From positions 1 to 30,579 of IMG/VR virus record IMGVR_UViG_3300032329_000234: 30,579 nt of DNA. The stretch is one strand, 5' to 3'. How positions within the stretch are numbered: position 1 is the stretch's first letter; the number at the start of each line of letters is the position of its first letter. The stretch comes from a virus. Its lineage: Duplodnaviria; Caudoviricetes. Below are positions 16,238-24,833 of this stretch, one piece after another. Under the pieces are notes generated by a model that was not told the origin of the DNA, did no database searches, and saw only the letters and a program-made list of their open reading frames with translations. The translations under genes were made by a program, and so were the position numbers.

Positions 16238-16921
16238 ATGGACCTACAACAAACATTGGCAACAGAAACAGCAACTGACGCTGGTACTACCGCAGGTAGC
16301 GAAGGACAGGCACAAGAGAAGTATTATAGTCAAAAAGAATTTGACGACGCAATGGCTAAAACCCGTGCGGCAAGTGAGCGTAAAGCCATCAAGGCCTATG
16401 AATCACTTGGATCACCAGATGAACTTAGAGCACTAAAAGAGCAGTTTGAAAGCAAACGCTTTGAAGAGCAAAAGGGCAAGGGTGAATTTGAAAATATTCT
16501 AAAAGACTTGGCTTCTAAAAAAGACGCAGAGATCGCTCGCAGAGATCAGATCATTGCTCAATATCGTGTTGATAGTCCGTTAGTAGAGACCGCGGCCAAG
16601 TATCGTGCTGTAGCACCTGAACAGGTGAAGGCATTACTCCGTAATCAAATCAAACTGACACAAGACGGTGAAGTTGAAGTAGTAGATGGAAATGGCACAA
16701 CTCGCTATAAAGACACTGGCGAGCCAATGGGAGTAGAAGATTTAGTCAAGAGTTTTCTTGACGCAAATCCACATTTCGTAGCCGCTGGACCATCCACTAC
16801 ACAAACTACGAGCGGGATTGGTAGCCAAGGCGTATCTCAAATAGATATCACCAAGTTGGATATGTCCAAGGCGAGCGACCGTGCTCAATATGCCAAATGG
16901 AAAAACCAACAAGGTAGATAA
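16238..16921 (+). CDS. Capsid scaffolding protein
   Basis: Charged coiled coil with YSQKEFD and FLDANPHFV motifs, directly upstream of the capsid gene. Confidence 0.8.
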   Translation: MDLQQTLATETATDAGTTAGSEGQAQEKYYSQKEFDDAMAKTRAASERKAIKAYESLGSPDELRALKEQFESKRFEEQKGKGEFENILKDLASKKDAEIARRDQIIAQYRVDSPLVETAAKYRAVAPEQVKALLRNQIKLTQDGEVEVVDGNGTTRYKDTGEPMGVEDLVKSFLDANPHFVAAGPSTTQTTSGIGSQGVSQIDITKLDMSKASDRAQYAKWKNQQGR

Positions 16922-16948
16922 TAATTTTAACCTTAAAGGAAATTAAAA

Positions 16949-17809
16949 ATGGCTTACCCATCAAATAGTAACACAAATATTAATAATGAACTGTATGCTA
17001 ACCTGGTAACAGCGGCACAGTTCGCGGCTTATGAGCAATCAGTTGCTCGTCAATTGGTAACAGTATTTGACGCACCACTAAACACAGGCTTGAACCTACA
17101 AGTTCCAGTTTGGAGTTCTGTAAGTGCTGATCTAATCACTGACGAATCTGCCGCAACAGCAAAAACAACAAACACAACTTCAGCAACTATTACTCTTGCT
17201 GAACACGTTGTTTACCATCAGATCACTGATCAATTACGCGACTCTGCTTACAGCAATGTGTTCGCACAAATTGGTGAGCAAAGTGGACGTGCTATTGCTG
17301 AGAGTTTAGATACACAAGTATTCTCAACATTTGCTAACTTCACTACAGACCTAGGTACTAGTGGTAAAGAATTAGTTGTTGCTGACTTGTTGTCCGCAGC
17401 CGCTACATTGCGTTCACGCAAGTTGACAGGTCCTTTCTACTGTGTGGTTCACCCAGGTGCGGCTTACAACTTGAAGAAGACATTGGCTACTCCTGCTTAT
17501 TACAGCGGTGGTTATGTTGCTAACCCAAGCGATGTTGGTAACAACATTCTAAGCGGTTTCTACATTGGTCAAGTTGCTGGCATTCAAGTATTTGAATCAG
17601 CATTAGTTCCAACATCCAGCAGTGATTCAACAGCCGCGGTATTCGTACCAGGTGCTATTGGTCACGCAATGCGTGGTACTGTTGAAATGAACACATTGTA
17701 TCTACCTGCTAACCGTGCTACTGATGTAGTATTGAAAGCAGTTGCTGGTGCTACAGCAATCCAAACTGGTTTTGGTGTTAAGATCACTTGTGACAAAACA
17801 ATTAACTAA
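16949..17809 (+). CDS. Major capsid protein (HK97 fold)
   Basis: 286 aa after the scaffold; GRAIAESLDTQV, VVHPGAAYNL and GQVAGIQVFES motifs; followed by a terminator. Confidence 0.85.
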   Translation: MAYPSNSNTNINNELYANLVTAAQFAAYEQSVARQLVTVFDAPLNTGLNLQVPVWSSVSADLITDESAATAKTTNTTSATITLAEHVVYHQITDQLRDSAYSNVFAQIGEQSGRAIAESLDTQVFSTFANFTTDLGTSGKELVVADLLSAAATLRSRKLTGPFYCVVHPGAAYNLKKTLATPAYYSGGYVANPSDVGNNILSGFYIGQVAGIQVFESALVPTSSSDSTAAVFVPGAIGHAMRGTVEMNTLYLPANRATDVVLKAVAGATAIQTGFGVKITCDKTIN

Positions 17810-17829
17810 TTAATTAGTTAAACAGTATG

Positions 17830-17861
17830 AAGAGCCCAGCATCTTTGGATGTTGGGCTTTT
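17830..17861 (+). terminator. Intrinsic terminator after the capsid gene
   Basis: AAGAGCCCAGCATC-tttg-GATGTTGGGCTTTT. Confidence 0.8.
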
Positions 17862-17878
17862 CCACATTTTTTAATCAT

Positions 17879-17930
17879 CATAAATAATATTGTCAAGAAG
17901 GACTTGACCACACACAATGAGAAGGACTCA
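17879..17930 (+). promoter_or_regulatory. CATAAATA promoter and a 5' UTR with twin AAGGA-loop hairpins
   Basis: CATAAATA at 17879-17886; GTCAAG-AAGGA-CTTGAC (17892-17908) and TGAG-AAGGA-CTCA (17918-17930). Confidence 0.6.
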
Positions 17931-17932
17931 CG

Positions 17933-18394
17933 ATGTCATTTACCGCACCATTTGCCACGCTGGATGATTTACTCCAGGTGGAACCAACTATACAAGACTA
18001 TGGCCAATTGGATTGGGACATAGAACTAGCAAAGAGTCAAAAAGAAGTCGCTCGTGTGTTGTCAGTTCGTTGGTGGCCTCAGTATGCCAAACAGTTCAAG
18101 GTAAATATCACCATCGTAGGTCAAATGGCTCTAATGGATCCAACCCGTTTAGAACCATCACAATGGACACAAGCCACAGTATATCACGCATTGGCTTATC
18201 ATATCTGTCCAAAACTTACTAAATTCATCCCAGAAACTGACAAGTTCCAGGTAATGATGGAATATTACCAAGGTCGCTTTGAACACGAAATGGATCTCGC
18301 TATCCGTGAAAGTGTACGCTATGACATCAACAATGATGGTGCCATACAGCCCTTTGAAAAACTTCCTGATACTTACCTGAGACTACGCAGATGA
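17933..18394 (+). CDS. Head-tail adaptor (probable)
   Basis: Position after the capsid gene; 153 aa helical protein. Confidence 0.65.
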   Translation: MSFTAPFATLDDLLQVEPTIQDYGQLDWDIELAKSQKEVARVLSVRWWPQYAKQFKVNITIVGQMALMDPTRLEPSQWTQATVYHALAYHICPKLTKFIPETDKFQVMMEYYQGRFEHEMDLAIRESVRYDINNDGAIQPFEKLPDTYLRLRR

Positions 18395-18825
18395 GCCTAC
18401 GAGAAGACCTAGCACAGGCCATACAAGTTGGTCTACAAGAAATACAAAATCCAAGACTAGTCTTAGTCACACGTGAGCCATTTGAAGTTGAAAAATTGGC
18501 TATCACACAATTTCCAGCATTACTGATCAAATCAGGATCAGAAGAACGCCAAAATGTCACTATGGGGTCTACAGCCATTGGGCGTAGAGTTGGCAAAATA
18601 GAAATGAATGTTAGAGGATTTGTTCGTGGAACAGATCTAGATACCAAGCGTAATGAAATCATTGACGCAGTTGAACGAGCCATTGATCTAGACCAAAATT
18701 GGGGTCTTAAAGATCGTGGAGTTCTTGGTTCACAAATTTCAGTGATTGAAATCATTGATCGTGCTCCGCCATTGGCAGAGATCAGCATCACAATAACAGT
18801 AAATTACAATTACTTGAGGAACTAA
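18391..18825 (+). CDS. Tail terminator / completion protein (probable)
   Basis: MSLRE.., FPALLI..GSEER motif and synteny. Confidence 0.65.
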   Translation: MSLREDLAQAIQVGLQEIQNPRLVLVTREPFEVEKLAITQFPALLIKSGSEERQNVTMGSTAIGRRVGKIEMNVRGFVRGTDLDTKRNEIIDAVERAIDLDQNWGLKDRGVLGSQISVIEIIDRAPPLAEISITITVNYNYLRN

Positions 18826-18826
18826 A

Positions 18827-19030
18827 ATGAAAGTTTATAAACAAGATCTTGAGCGTGATATCAAAGCGGCTCAATGGGAACAATATTCCACAGCAGGATG
18901 GACTCAGAAGGCTGAGTCTATTGTTGCTGTAGAAAAGGCAAACGAGGTTATCAATCTCAAGCCAGCGGCCAAAGTCAAGGCAGCCGTAGAACAAGCCAAT
19001 GACGACACCATTACAACACAAGGAGAATAA
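18827..19030 (+). CDS. Small hypothetical protein
   Basis: 67 aa, GAGGA RBS, fills the gap in the operon. Confidence 0.6.
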   Translation: MKVYKQDLERDIKAAQWEQYSTAGWTQKAESIVAVEKANEVINLKPAAKVKAAVEQANDDTITTQGE

Positions 19031-19032
19031 TA

Positions 19033-19455
19033 ATGGCGACTTTAACAGGTAATAACGGCGTTGTTAAGATTGATAACGCATCAGCAACAAAGACAGTAGT
19101 AGCAAACGTTCGTAACTTCAGTTGCGATATTACAACAGACAAAATTGAAACAACAACTATGGGCGTAGATGTTCGCACATATTTGAAAGGTCTAAGCAGT
19201 TGGACAGGTTCCGCAGATATCTATTTTGATCCAATAAACTACACAGGCGGAGCAAATGCTATTGCGGCTCTTAACCCAACAACTTTATTGGTTGGTGCGG
19301 CCCCAATTGGTGTTGAATTATATTTAGATGGCACTAGCGACAAATTGGCTGGCAATGCTATTATCACAGGTTTCAGTATCAAGAGTTCAATGGATGGTAT
19401 GGTAGAAGCAAGTATTTCATTCCAAGGCTCTGGTGCTATAACATTTACAGCCTAA
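19033..19455 (+). CDS. Tail tube protein, paralogue 1
   Basis: IETTTMG...RTYLKGLSSWTGSADIYFD...DGMVEASISFQGSG, the siphovirus major tail signature. Confidence 0.85.
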   Translation: MATLTGNNGVVKIDNASATKTVVANVRNFSCDITTDKIETTTMGVDVRTYLKGLSSWTGSADIYFDPINYTGGANAIAALNPTTLLVGAAPIGVELYLDGTSDKLAGNAIITGFSIKSSMDGMVEASISFQGSGAITFTA

Positions 19456-19467
19456 CAGGAGATTATT

Positions 19468-19905
19468 ATGGCAAGTTTATCAGGTAACGACGGTCAAATT
19501 CAATTGGCCACTACCACAGGTGGTACATACTATCCAGTTGCGGCAGTTCGCAACTTCAGTATTGATATCACAGCAGACAAGATTGAAACAACAACTATGG
19601 GCACAGATGTTCGCACCTATGTCCAGGGTCTAAGTTCATACAATGGTAGTGCTGATGTGTATTTTGATCCAACAAACTTCAATGGCAATGTTTACTTTAA
19701 TCCAACTTCAGGTACTGTTGGTCAAGGTAACTATGCTGGTAAGTTTTACATCAATCAAGATGCTGTAAATGATGTAATGTTCTATGCCAACAGTATGGTC
19801 ATTACTGGTTATAGTATCAAGAGCAGTATGGATGGTATGGTAGAAGCATCTATCTCATTCCAAGGTTCTGGCGAAACAACATTCTCAGGCGTTGGTAACA
19901 AGTAA
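19468..19905 (+). CDS. Tail tube protein, paralogue 2
   Basis: Same motifs as 19033-19455. Confidence 0.85.
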   Translation: MASLSGNDGQIQLATTTGGTYYPVAAVRNFSIDITADKIETTTMGTDVRTYVQGLSSYNGSADVYFDPTNFNGNVYFNPTSGTVGQGNYAGKFYINQDAVNDVMFYANSMVITGYSIKSSMDGMVEASISFQGSGETTFSGVGNK

Positions 19906-20201
19906 TGAGTCTGACCATTGATATCTCTGGATTAGAAGGCACACAGTTAGCCCTTAAAAAAGGGCTAGCCAAAGCAGTTAAAGAAATAGCCGCGGCTACT
20001 CAAACAGCATTGGTTGCCAAAACACCTGTAAAATCAGGTCGTGCTCGCAGTGGTTGGACGACCACTGTGACCTCAACCAGTTTTACTAGTGAAAACCGTG
20101 TGCCATATATTCAGCGATTAGAAGACAATTGGTCAAAACAAACACGCGGCAGAGGAATTATTGGCCCTGCTCTCAATCAAGTTAAAGGAAAATTCAAATG
20201 A
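19905..20201 (+). CDS. HK97 gp10-like tail completion protein
   Basis: TPVKSGRARSGW...NRVPYIQRLE..WSKQ motif. Confidence 0.8.
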   Translation: MSLTIDISGLEGTQLALKKGLAKAVKEIAAATQTALVAKTPVKSGRARSGWTTTVTSTSFTSENRVPYIQRLEDNWSKQTRGRGIIGPALNQVKGKFK

Positions 20202-20539
20202 GCGTATTAGAAAAAGCAACAGCACACTTTCGTAATCAATTAAGCAATGAACTTAAATGTATTGATGTTCCTGAATGGGAAACAAAAATTTATTTTAGAA
20301 AAGTTTCAACTTTGCGTGAAGAAAGCAAAATTCTTGAACTAAGCCAAGCAGGTAAAACTGTTGAAGCCTTGGTAGAAAGTATTGTTATCAAAGCACGTAA
20401 CGAAGATGGAACCAAAATGTTTAATCCAGTTGACAGAGTTACAATGCTTAATGAAGTTGATCCAGCCATTATTATTCGTATTGCTGGTGAATTGAATAGT
20501 GTAACAAATGACAAGTTGGAAGATATAGAAAAAAACTAA
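20198..20539 (+). CDS. Tail assembly chaperone (gpG-like)
   Basis: IDVPEW motif; located before the tape measure; ends in a slippery A AAA AAC. Confidence 0.8.
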   Translation: MSVLEKATAHFRNQLSNELKCIDVPEWETKIYFRKVSTLREESKILELSQAGKTVEALVESIVIKARNEDGTKMFNPVDRVTMLNEVDPAIIIRIAGELNSVTNDKLEDIEKN

Positions 20540-20703
20540 GGAAGGATCCAGATCTTTTATTCGCCTTGAGATTAGCAAAAGATTTGGGTCTAACCCTTGA
20601 TAGTATTTTAGATATGAGCAGGACAGAATTTCAATTGTGGGCGGCATTTTACATAATTGAAGCAGATGAAACCAAAAAGGCGATGAAAAAATCATCACGA
20701 TAA
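20530..20703 (+). CDS. -1 frameshift extension of the tail chaperone (gpGT-like)
   Basis: A-AAA-AAC at 20530-20536; the -1 frame reads LRKDPDLLFALRLAKDLGLTLDSILDMSRTEFQLWAAFY...KKSSR to TAA 20703. Confidence 0.75.
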   Translation, partial: KKLRKDPDLLFALRLAKDLGLTLDSILDMSRTEFQLWAAFYIIEADETKKAMKKSSR

Positions 20704-20715
20704 CTAGGACTTGAG

Positions 20716-23142
20716 ATGGCAGATATTGATATTAAAGTTGGTGCTGATACCAGGGAAGCAGATGCCGCCCTAGGTAAAGTTCTAAACACATTAAAACAAT
20801 TTGGTAGTATTGTTATTGGTGGAAACATAGCCAGAGAACTTGCGGATCTGACCATTGAAGCCAGCACATTGACCAACAAATTGTTGTCTGTTAGCGACAG
20901 CGTAGGTGAAGCCAATGACAAATTTGGTATACTTGCCAACACAGCAAGAAATACCAGTAGTGACATTGGTGGTACTGTTGATCTATTCCAGAAGTTATCA
21001 CAAAGTTCAGTATTCACAGGATCCAGCACAGAAGCATTGGCCAAAGTAGTTGAACGCTTCAATATGACTGTTCAGATCTCAGGTGCCAATAGTCAAGGTG
21101 CCGCCAGTGCGTTGTATAACTTTAGTCAGGCGATGCAGAATGGTACCTTGATGGGTAACGACTTCCGTGCTATGAGTGAAAACAACGGATTCTTCTTAAA
21201 AGTTTTACAACAACAATTAGGTAAGTCTGCCACTGAACTTAGAATGATGAGTGAACAAGGCAAACTCAGTGCTGAAACCATTGCCAAGGCCTTGCTGGAG
21301 TCAGAGCTCATTGTTGACAAATATGGCAATACTGTAATGACCATTCCACGAGCAGTTAAAAACTTACAAACATCAATGATGGAATCACTCAAAACCATTG
21401 ATGATTACACAGGTGCCACACAAATTATTGCCAATAACCTGGGTGGTATTGCTGTGGCCGCTGTATTGGCCCTGGGAGCCGCATTTGTATTCCTGGATAT
21501 AGCAGCCGCTCCTTGGATAGCCATTGCCATTGCTGTGGTTGCTGGTGTAGTTGCCATTGGCGTTGCGTTCCAAAAATTATATGATGCCATCAAGTCAACC
21601 ATCAGTTTATGGGACCAATTTTTGGCCTTGTTGGATAACACAGCGGCCAAGATTGCCAAATGGTTGGGTATACAATATGAAATTTCCAAGGCCACAGAAG
21701 AAACAAATAAAATTCTTGATGATGAAGTCAAGAAAAGAAAACAAGCAGACCAGGTGGCCACAGATGGATTGGTCACACATCATCAACGCAACAAGGCCGC
21801 ATTAGAACTAGATAAAACCTTAAGCGATCAGATCTTAACAATGACTGCCGCGGCCAAGATTGATGGTCAGATCAACAATGACAACAGAATTGGTTTAGAA
21901 ATTGAAAAAGCCATTGCTGTTGAAAAAGCCAAATATGTCAAAACTGGTGAATCAATGTTGGCTTCTGACATACAAAGATTATCAGCCGCTGTTCAGTTAA
22001 GAGAAGAAGCCAAATTGGCTGCCAATGGTCAGACATTGATCTTGAACAATCAAGATCAATACAGTGGTCTACTTGAGAAAAACAAACAACAACAAAGAGA
22101 AATCAATGCCGCTATACAATTTGGTGCTGATACTACCAAAGCAAGAATAGCACAAGAAAGATTGTTGCTTGAAGGTATGGCCCAATATTTGGCAATACAA
22201 AAATCCAACCCAGGTACAAGTTTATTTAGACGATATGATGCTGAAGTTGATGAATTGATTACTAAAATTAAATTGGCTGATCAAGAAGGTGCGGCAATGT
22301 TTGAAAGGTTTCACTCAGGAGGAAACCAAAATCCAAATACTCCATTGATATTTGGCAATGATCAAAAAGGTGCTCCAGGTCTAAATATGGGCCAAGCACA
22401 AAATCAAAATCCATTATATGGTCAAGACAACTACAGCAATTTGTTAAATGGTTATACTTCATTTAACCTTGAAGTTATTAGACTTGATCAAGAACTATAT
22501 GCTAAGAAATTAGGCATTGCTGAACAGTATTACGCAACTATATTACAGTTGGACAAAGATGCTTTGGGCAATCAAAGATTTGGTGCTGAAACAGCCAAGC
22601 AAATTGCTTCTGATAGAACAGCATTTGAAAAAAAATCAGATACTGAAAAAACAGCCTGGGCATTGGATCAAATGGCCCAGACCTTTACCGCAATGGGACA
22701 ACACAATCGTCAGGCCTTTGAAGCGGCCAAGGCCTTCAACATAGCCAATGCGGTTATGAATACCTACTTGGGTGCTACCAAGGCATTGGCCACATATCCG
22801 CCACCTTTCTCATTCATTGGTGCGGCAGCCGCGATTGCTATGGGTCTTGCTCAGGTTGCTGTGATCAGTAGTCAAAGTTATTCAGGTCGTTCCTTGGGTG
22901 GTCCTGTTATGGGCAATACTCCATATATGGTTGGTGAGAATGGTCCAGAATTGTTTACACCACATACATCAGGTGGTATCACACGCAATCAAGATTTGAG
23001 TGGTGGTCCAACCAATGTTAACTTTACAATTCAAGCAGTTGATGCTCGTGGAGTTGACAGTTTATTGATGGAACGCAAAGGTATGATCGTAAGTATGATC
23101 CGTAGTGCCATCAACGATCGTGGTCAACGAGCACCATTATAA
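20716..23142 (+). CDS. Tape measure protein
   Basis: 808 aa; tape-measure N-terminal motif ASALYNFSQAM..G.L.G.DFRAMSEN; hydrophobic segments; C-terminal GGPV..YMVGENGPELF. Confidence 0.92.
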   Translation: MADIDIKVGADTREADAALGKVLNTLKQFGSIVIGGNIARELADLTIEASTLTNKLLSVSDSVGEANDKFGILANTARNTSSDIGGTVDLFQKLSQSSVFTGSSTEALAKVVERFNMTVQISGANSQGAASALYNFSQAMQNGTLMGNDFRAMSENNGFFLKVLQQQLGKSATELRMMSEQGKLSAETIAKALLESELIVDKYGNTVMTIPRAVKNLQTSMMESLKTIDDYTGATQIIANNLGGIAVAAVLALGAAFVFLDIAAAPWIAIAIAVVAGVVAIGVAFQKLYDAIKSTISLWDQFLALLDNTAAKIAKWLGIQYEISKATEETNKILDDEVKKRKQADQVATDGLVTHHQRNKAALELDKTLSDQILTMTAAAKIDGQINNDNRIGLEIEKAIAVEKAKYVKTGESMLASDIQRLSAAVQLREEAKLAANGQTLILNNQDQYSGLLEKNKQQQREINAAIQFGADTTKARIAQERLLLEGMAQYLAIQKSNPGTSLFRRYDAEVDELITKIKLADQEGAAMFERFHSGGNQNPNTPLIFGNDQKGAPGLNMGQAQNQNPLYGQDNYSNLLNGYTSFNLEVIRLDQELYAKKLGIAEQYYATILQLDKDALGNQRFGAETAKQIASDRTAFEKKSDTEKTAWALDQMAQTFTAMGQHNRQAFEAAKAFNIANAVMNTYLGATKALATYPPPFSFIGAAAAIAMGLAQVAVISSQSYSGRSLGGPVMGNTPYMVGENGPELFTPHTSGGITRNQDLSGGPTNVNFTIQAVDARGVDSLLMERKGMIVSMIRSAINDRGQRAPL

Positions 23143-23152
23143 AGGATAAACA

Positions 23153-23794
23153 ATGTCAGGCACATTACCAATTAATTATTTTAGCAAGGTTACATTAAAA
23201 AGTAACACACCTACAGCCACCAGTGTAAGTATGGCAGGTAATCGCCAAAGCAAACAATTGGCCGCACAGTATTGGACAATGGATTGCGATTATCGTCCAT
23301 TACAACGCAGTGAGATCGCACAGATAATGGCTTTCTTAAACAAACAACGCAACAGTTTGCTGAGTTTTGACGTGGTATTACCCAAACATTCTAGACCAGA
23401 TGGCAGTATCAAAAATATCTATACTTCATCCAATGGTGGCATATCAGTCAATGGAACTCCTGCTATTGGTTCTACTTCTGTGAACGTAAATTTTGCTTCA
23501 TTGACCGCAACTTCATTTACAGGTGCTGGTTTATCAACCACAGTATTCAAAGCAGGTGACTTTGTTAAATTTAACAATCATACCAAGACATATCAACTTA
23601 CTGATGATGTTGTTATCTCAGGTGGTTCAGCAACAATGAATATTTTTCCAGGCTTGTTTGCTCCATTGACCAATGGTTTGTCAGTGATTTACTGGGATGT
23701 ACCATTTACTGTGTTCAACACACAAGGCACACAAGAATATAGCCTAGGCATTGAAGCCAACGGTCTACAACTTAAATTACAAGAAGCACTATGA
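23153..23794 (+). CDS. Distal tail protein (probable)
   Basis: Follows the tape measure; QYW...Y.PL...IMAFL and KAGDFVKF..H.K.Y motifs. Confidence 0.7.
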   Translation: MSGTLPINYFSKVTLKSNTPTATSVSMAGNRQSKQLAAQYWTMDCDYRPLQRSEIAQIMAFLNKQRNSLLSFDVVLPKHSRPDGSIKNIYTSSNGGISVNGTPAIGSTSVNVNFASLTATSFTGAGLSTTVFKAGDFVKFNNHTKTYQLTDDVVISGGSATMNIFPGLFAPLTNGLSVIYWDVPFTVFNTQGTQEYSLGIEANGLQLKLQEAL

Positions 23795-24363
23795 AAATTC
23801 TTGATAGTAACATTATCACACAATTGGAATCAGACAATTTTTTGTTTGCGGAATTGATTGAGTTTCAGTTAGATACACCAATTTATCTAACTACAGCAGG
23901 ATATAATATCTATGCTTCAACTCTGACCAGCGGTGGTAGTCAGACCTATCTAGCACAAGGTAAATTTTTAAGTTATAGTGGTGTTCGTCAAACAGACGAA
24001 TTTCGTATCAACAGCGTTAGCATATTGCTAAGTGGTTCAACAGATACATTTATCAATATGGTCTTACAAGATCGTTACCTACACAGAACTGTAAGAATTT
24101 ACAAAACTTGGATCAACTATACAACCAATTCTCTTATTGCTTCACCTAGTCTGATTTATTCAGGCACTATCACAGGTGCCAATATTGTTGATACAGCCAA
24201 AGAAACTCAGGTTGCTATTGATACAGGCAATGAATTTTATGACTTTGACAAAATTGCTGGTCGCTTGACCAATGTTGGTAGTCAACAAAAGTTTTATCCT
24301 GCGGATCAAGGTATGACTTACAGCACAGGAACTATTACAGATTTACGATGGGGTAAAGTATGA
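23791..24363 (+). CDS. Tail tip / baseplate protein
   Basis: Synteny; C-terminal GRLTN..SQQKFYP.D.G......L.WG motif. Confidence 0.7.
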   Translation: MKILDSNIITQLESDNFLFAELIEFQLDTPIYLTTAGYNIYASTLTSGGSQTYLAQGKFLSYSGVRQTDEFRINSVSILLSGSTDTFINMVLQDRYLHRTVRIYKTWINYTTNSLIASPSLIYSGTITGANIVDTAKETQVAIDTGNEFYDFDKIAGRLTNVGSQQKFYPADQGMTYSTGTITDLRWGKV

Positions 24364-24833
24364 TCATTGATGGACAAAGTTATCATCTCAAAGATGTTGT
24401 TAGATTGGGCAAGGCCTATCATAGTGAAAGTCCTTATGCTGTTACACACGAATACAATGAAAAGAAAACATTAGACTTTTTGCGTCAGGCAATGATCTAT
24501 CCTACTATGAAAACAGTGGTAGCAGAATATGACAACCGTGTGGTTGGAGCAGCCATTTGTTATTTACAAGAATATATGTGGGCAGACAGTTATAGAGCCA
24601 CAATGGAATTCTTTTATGTGGAACCAGAATATCGTGCTTTGGGACTAGCAGAACAAATGTTAGAACGCTGTATTGAATGGGCAGTCAAAATGAATGCCAC
24701 AGAATTTATGGCAGGTGATTTGGGTCTTCGTCCGCGTCTAACACAAAGGTTCCTTGAAAATCAAGGTTTCCAAGATCCAGGTGTAATCTTACGAAAGGTA
24801 TTGAATGTTGAAAAAGTTACTGAAGAAGCATAA
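24360..24833 (+). CDS. GNAT-family acyltransferase
   Basis: Acyl-CoA-binding motif A FFYVEPEYRALGLAEQML. Confidence 0.85.
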   Translation: MIIDGQSYHLKDVVRLGKAYHSESPYAVTHEYNEKKTLDFLRQAMIYPTMKTVVAEYDNRVVGAAICYLQEYMWADSYRATMEFFYVEPEYRALGLAEQMLERCIEWAVKMNATEFMAGDLGLRPRLTQRFLENQGFQDPGVILRKVLNVEKVTEEA

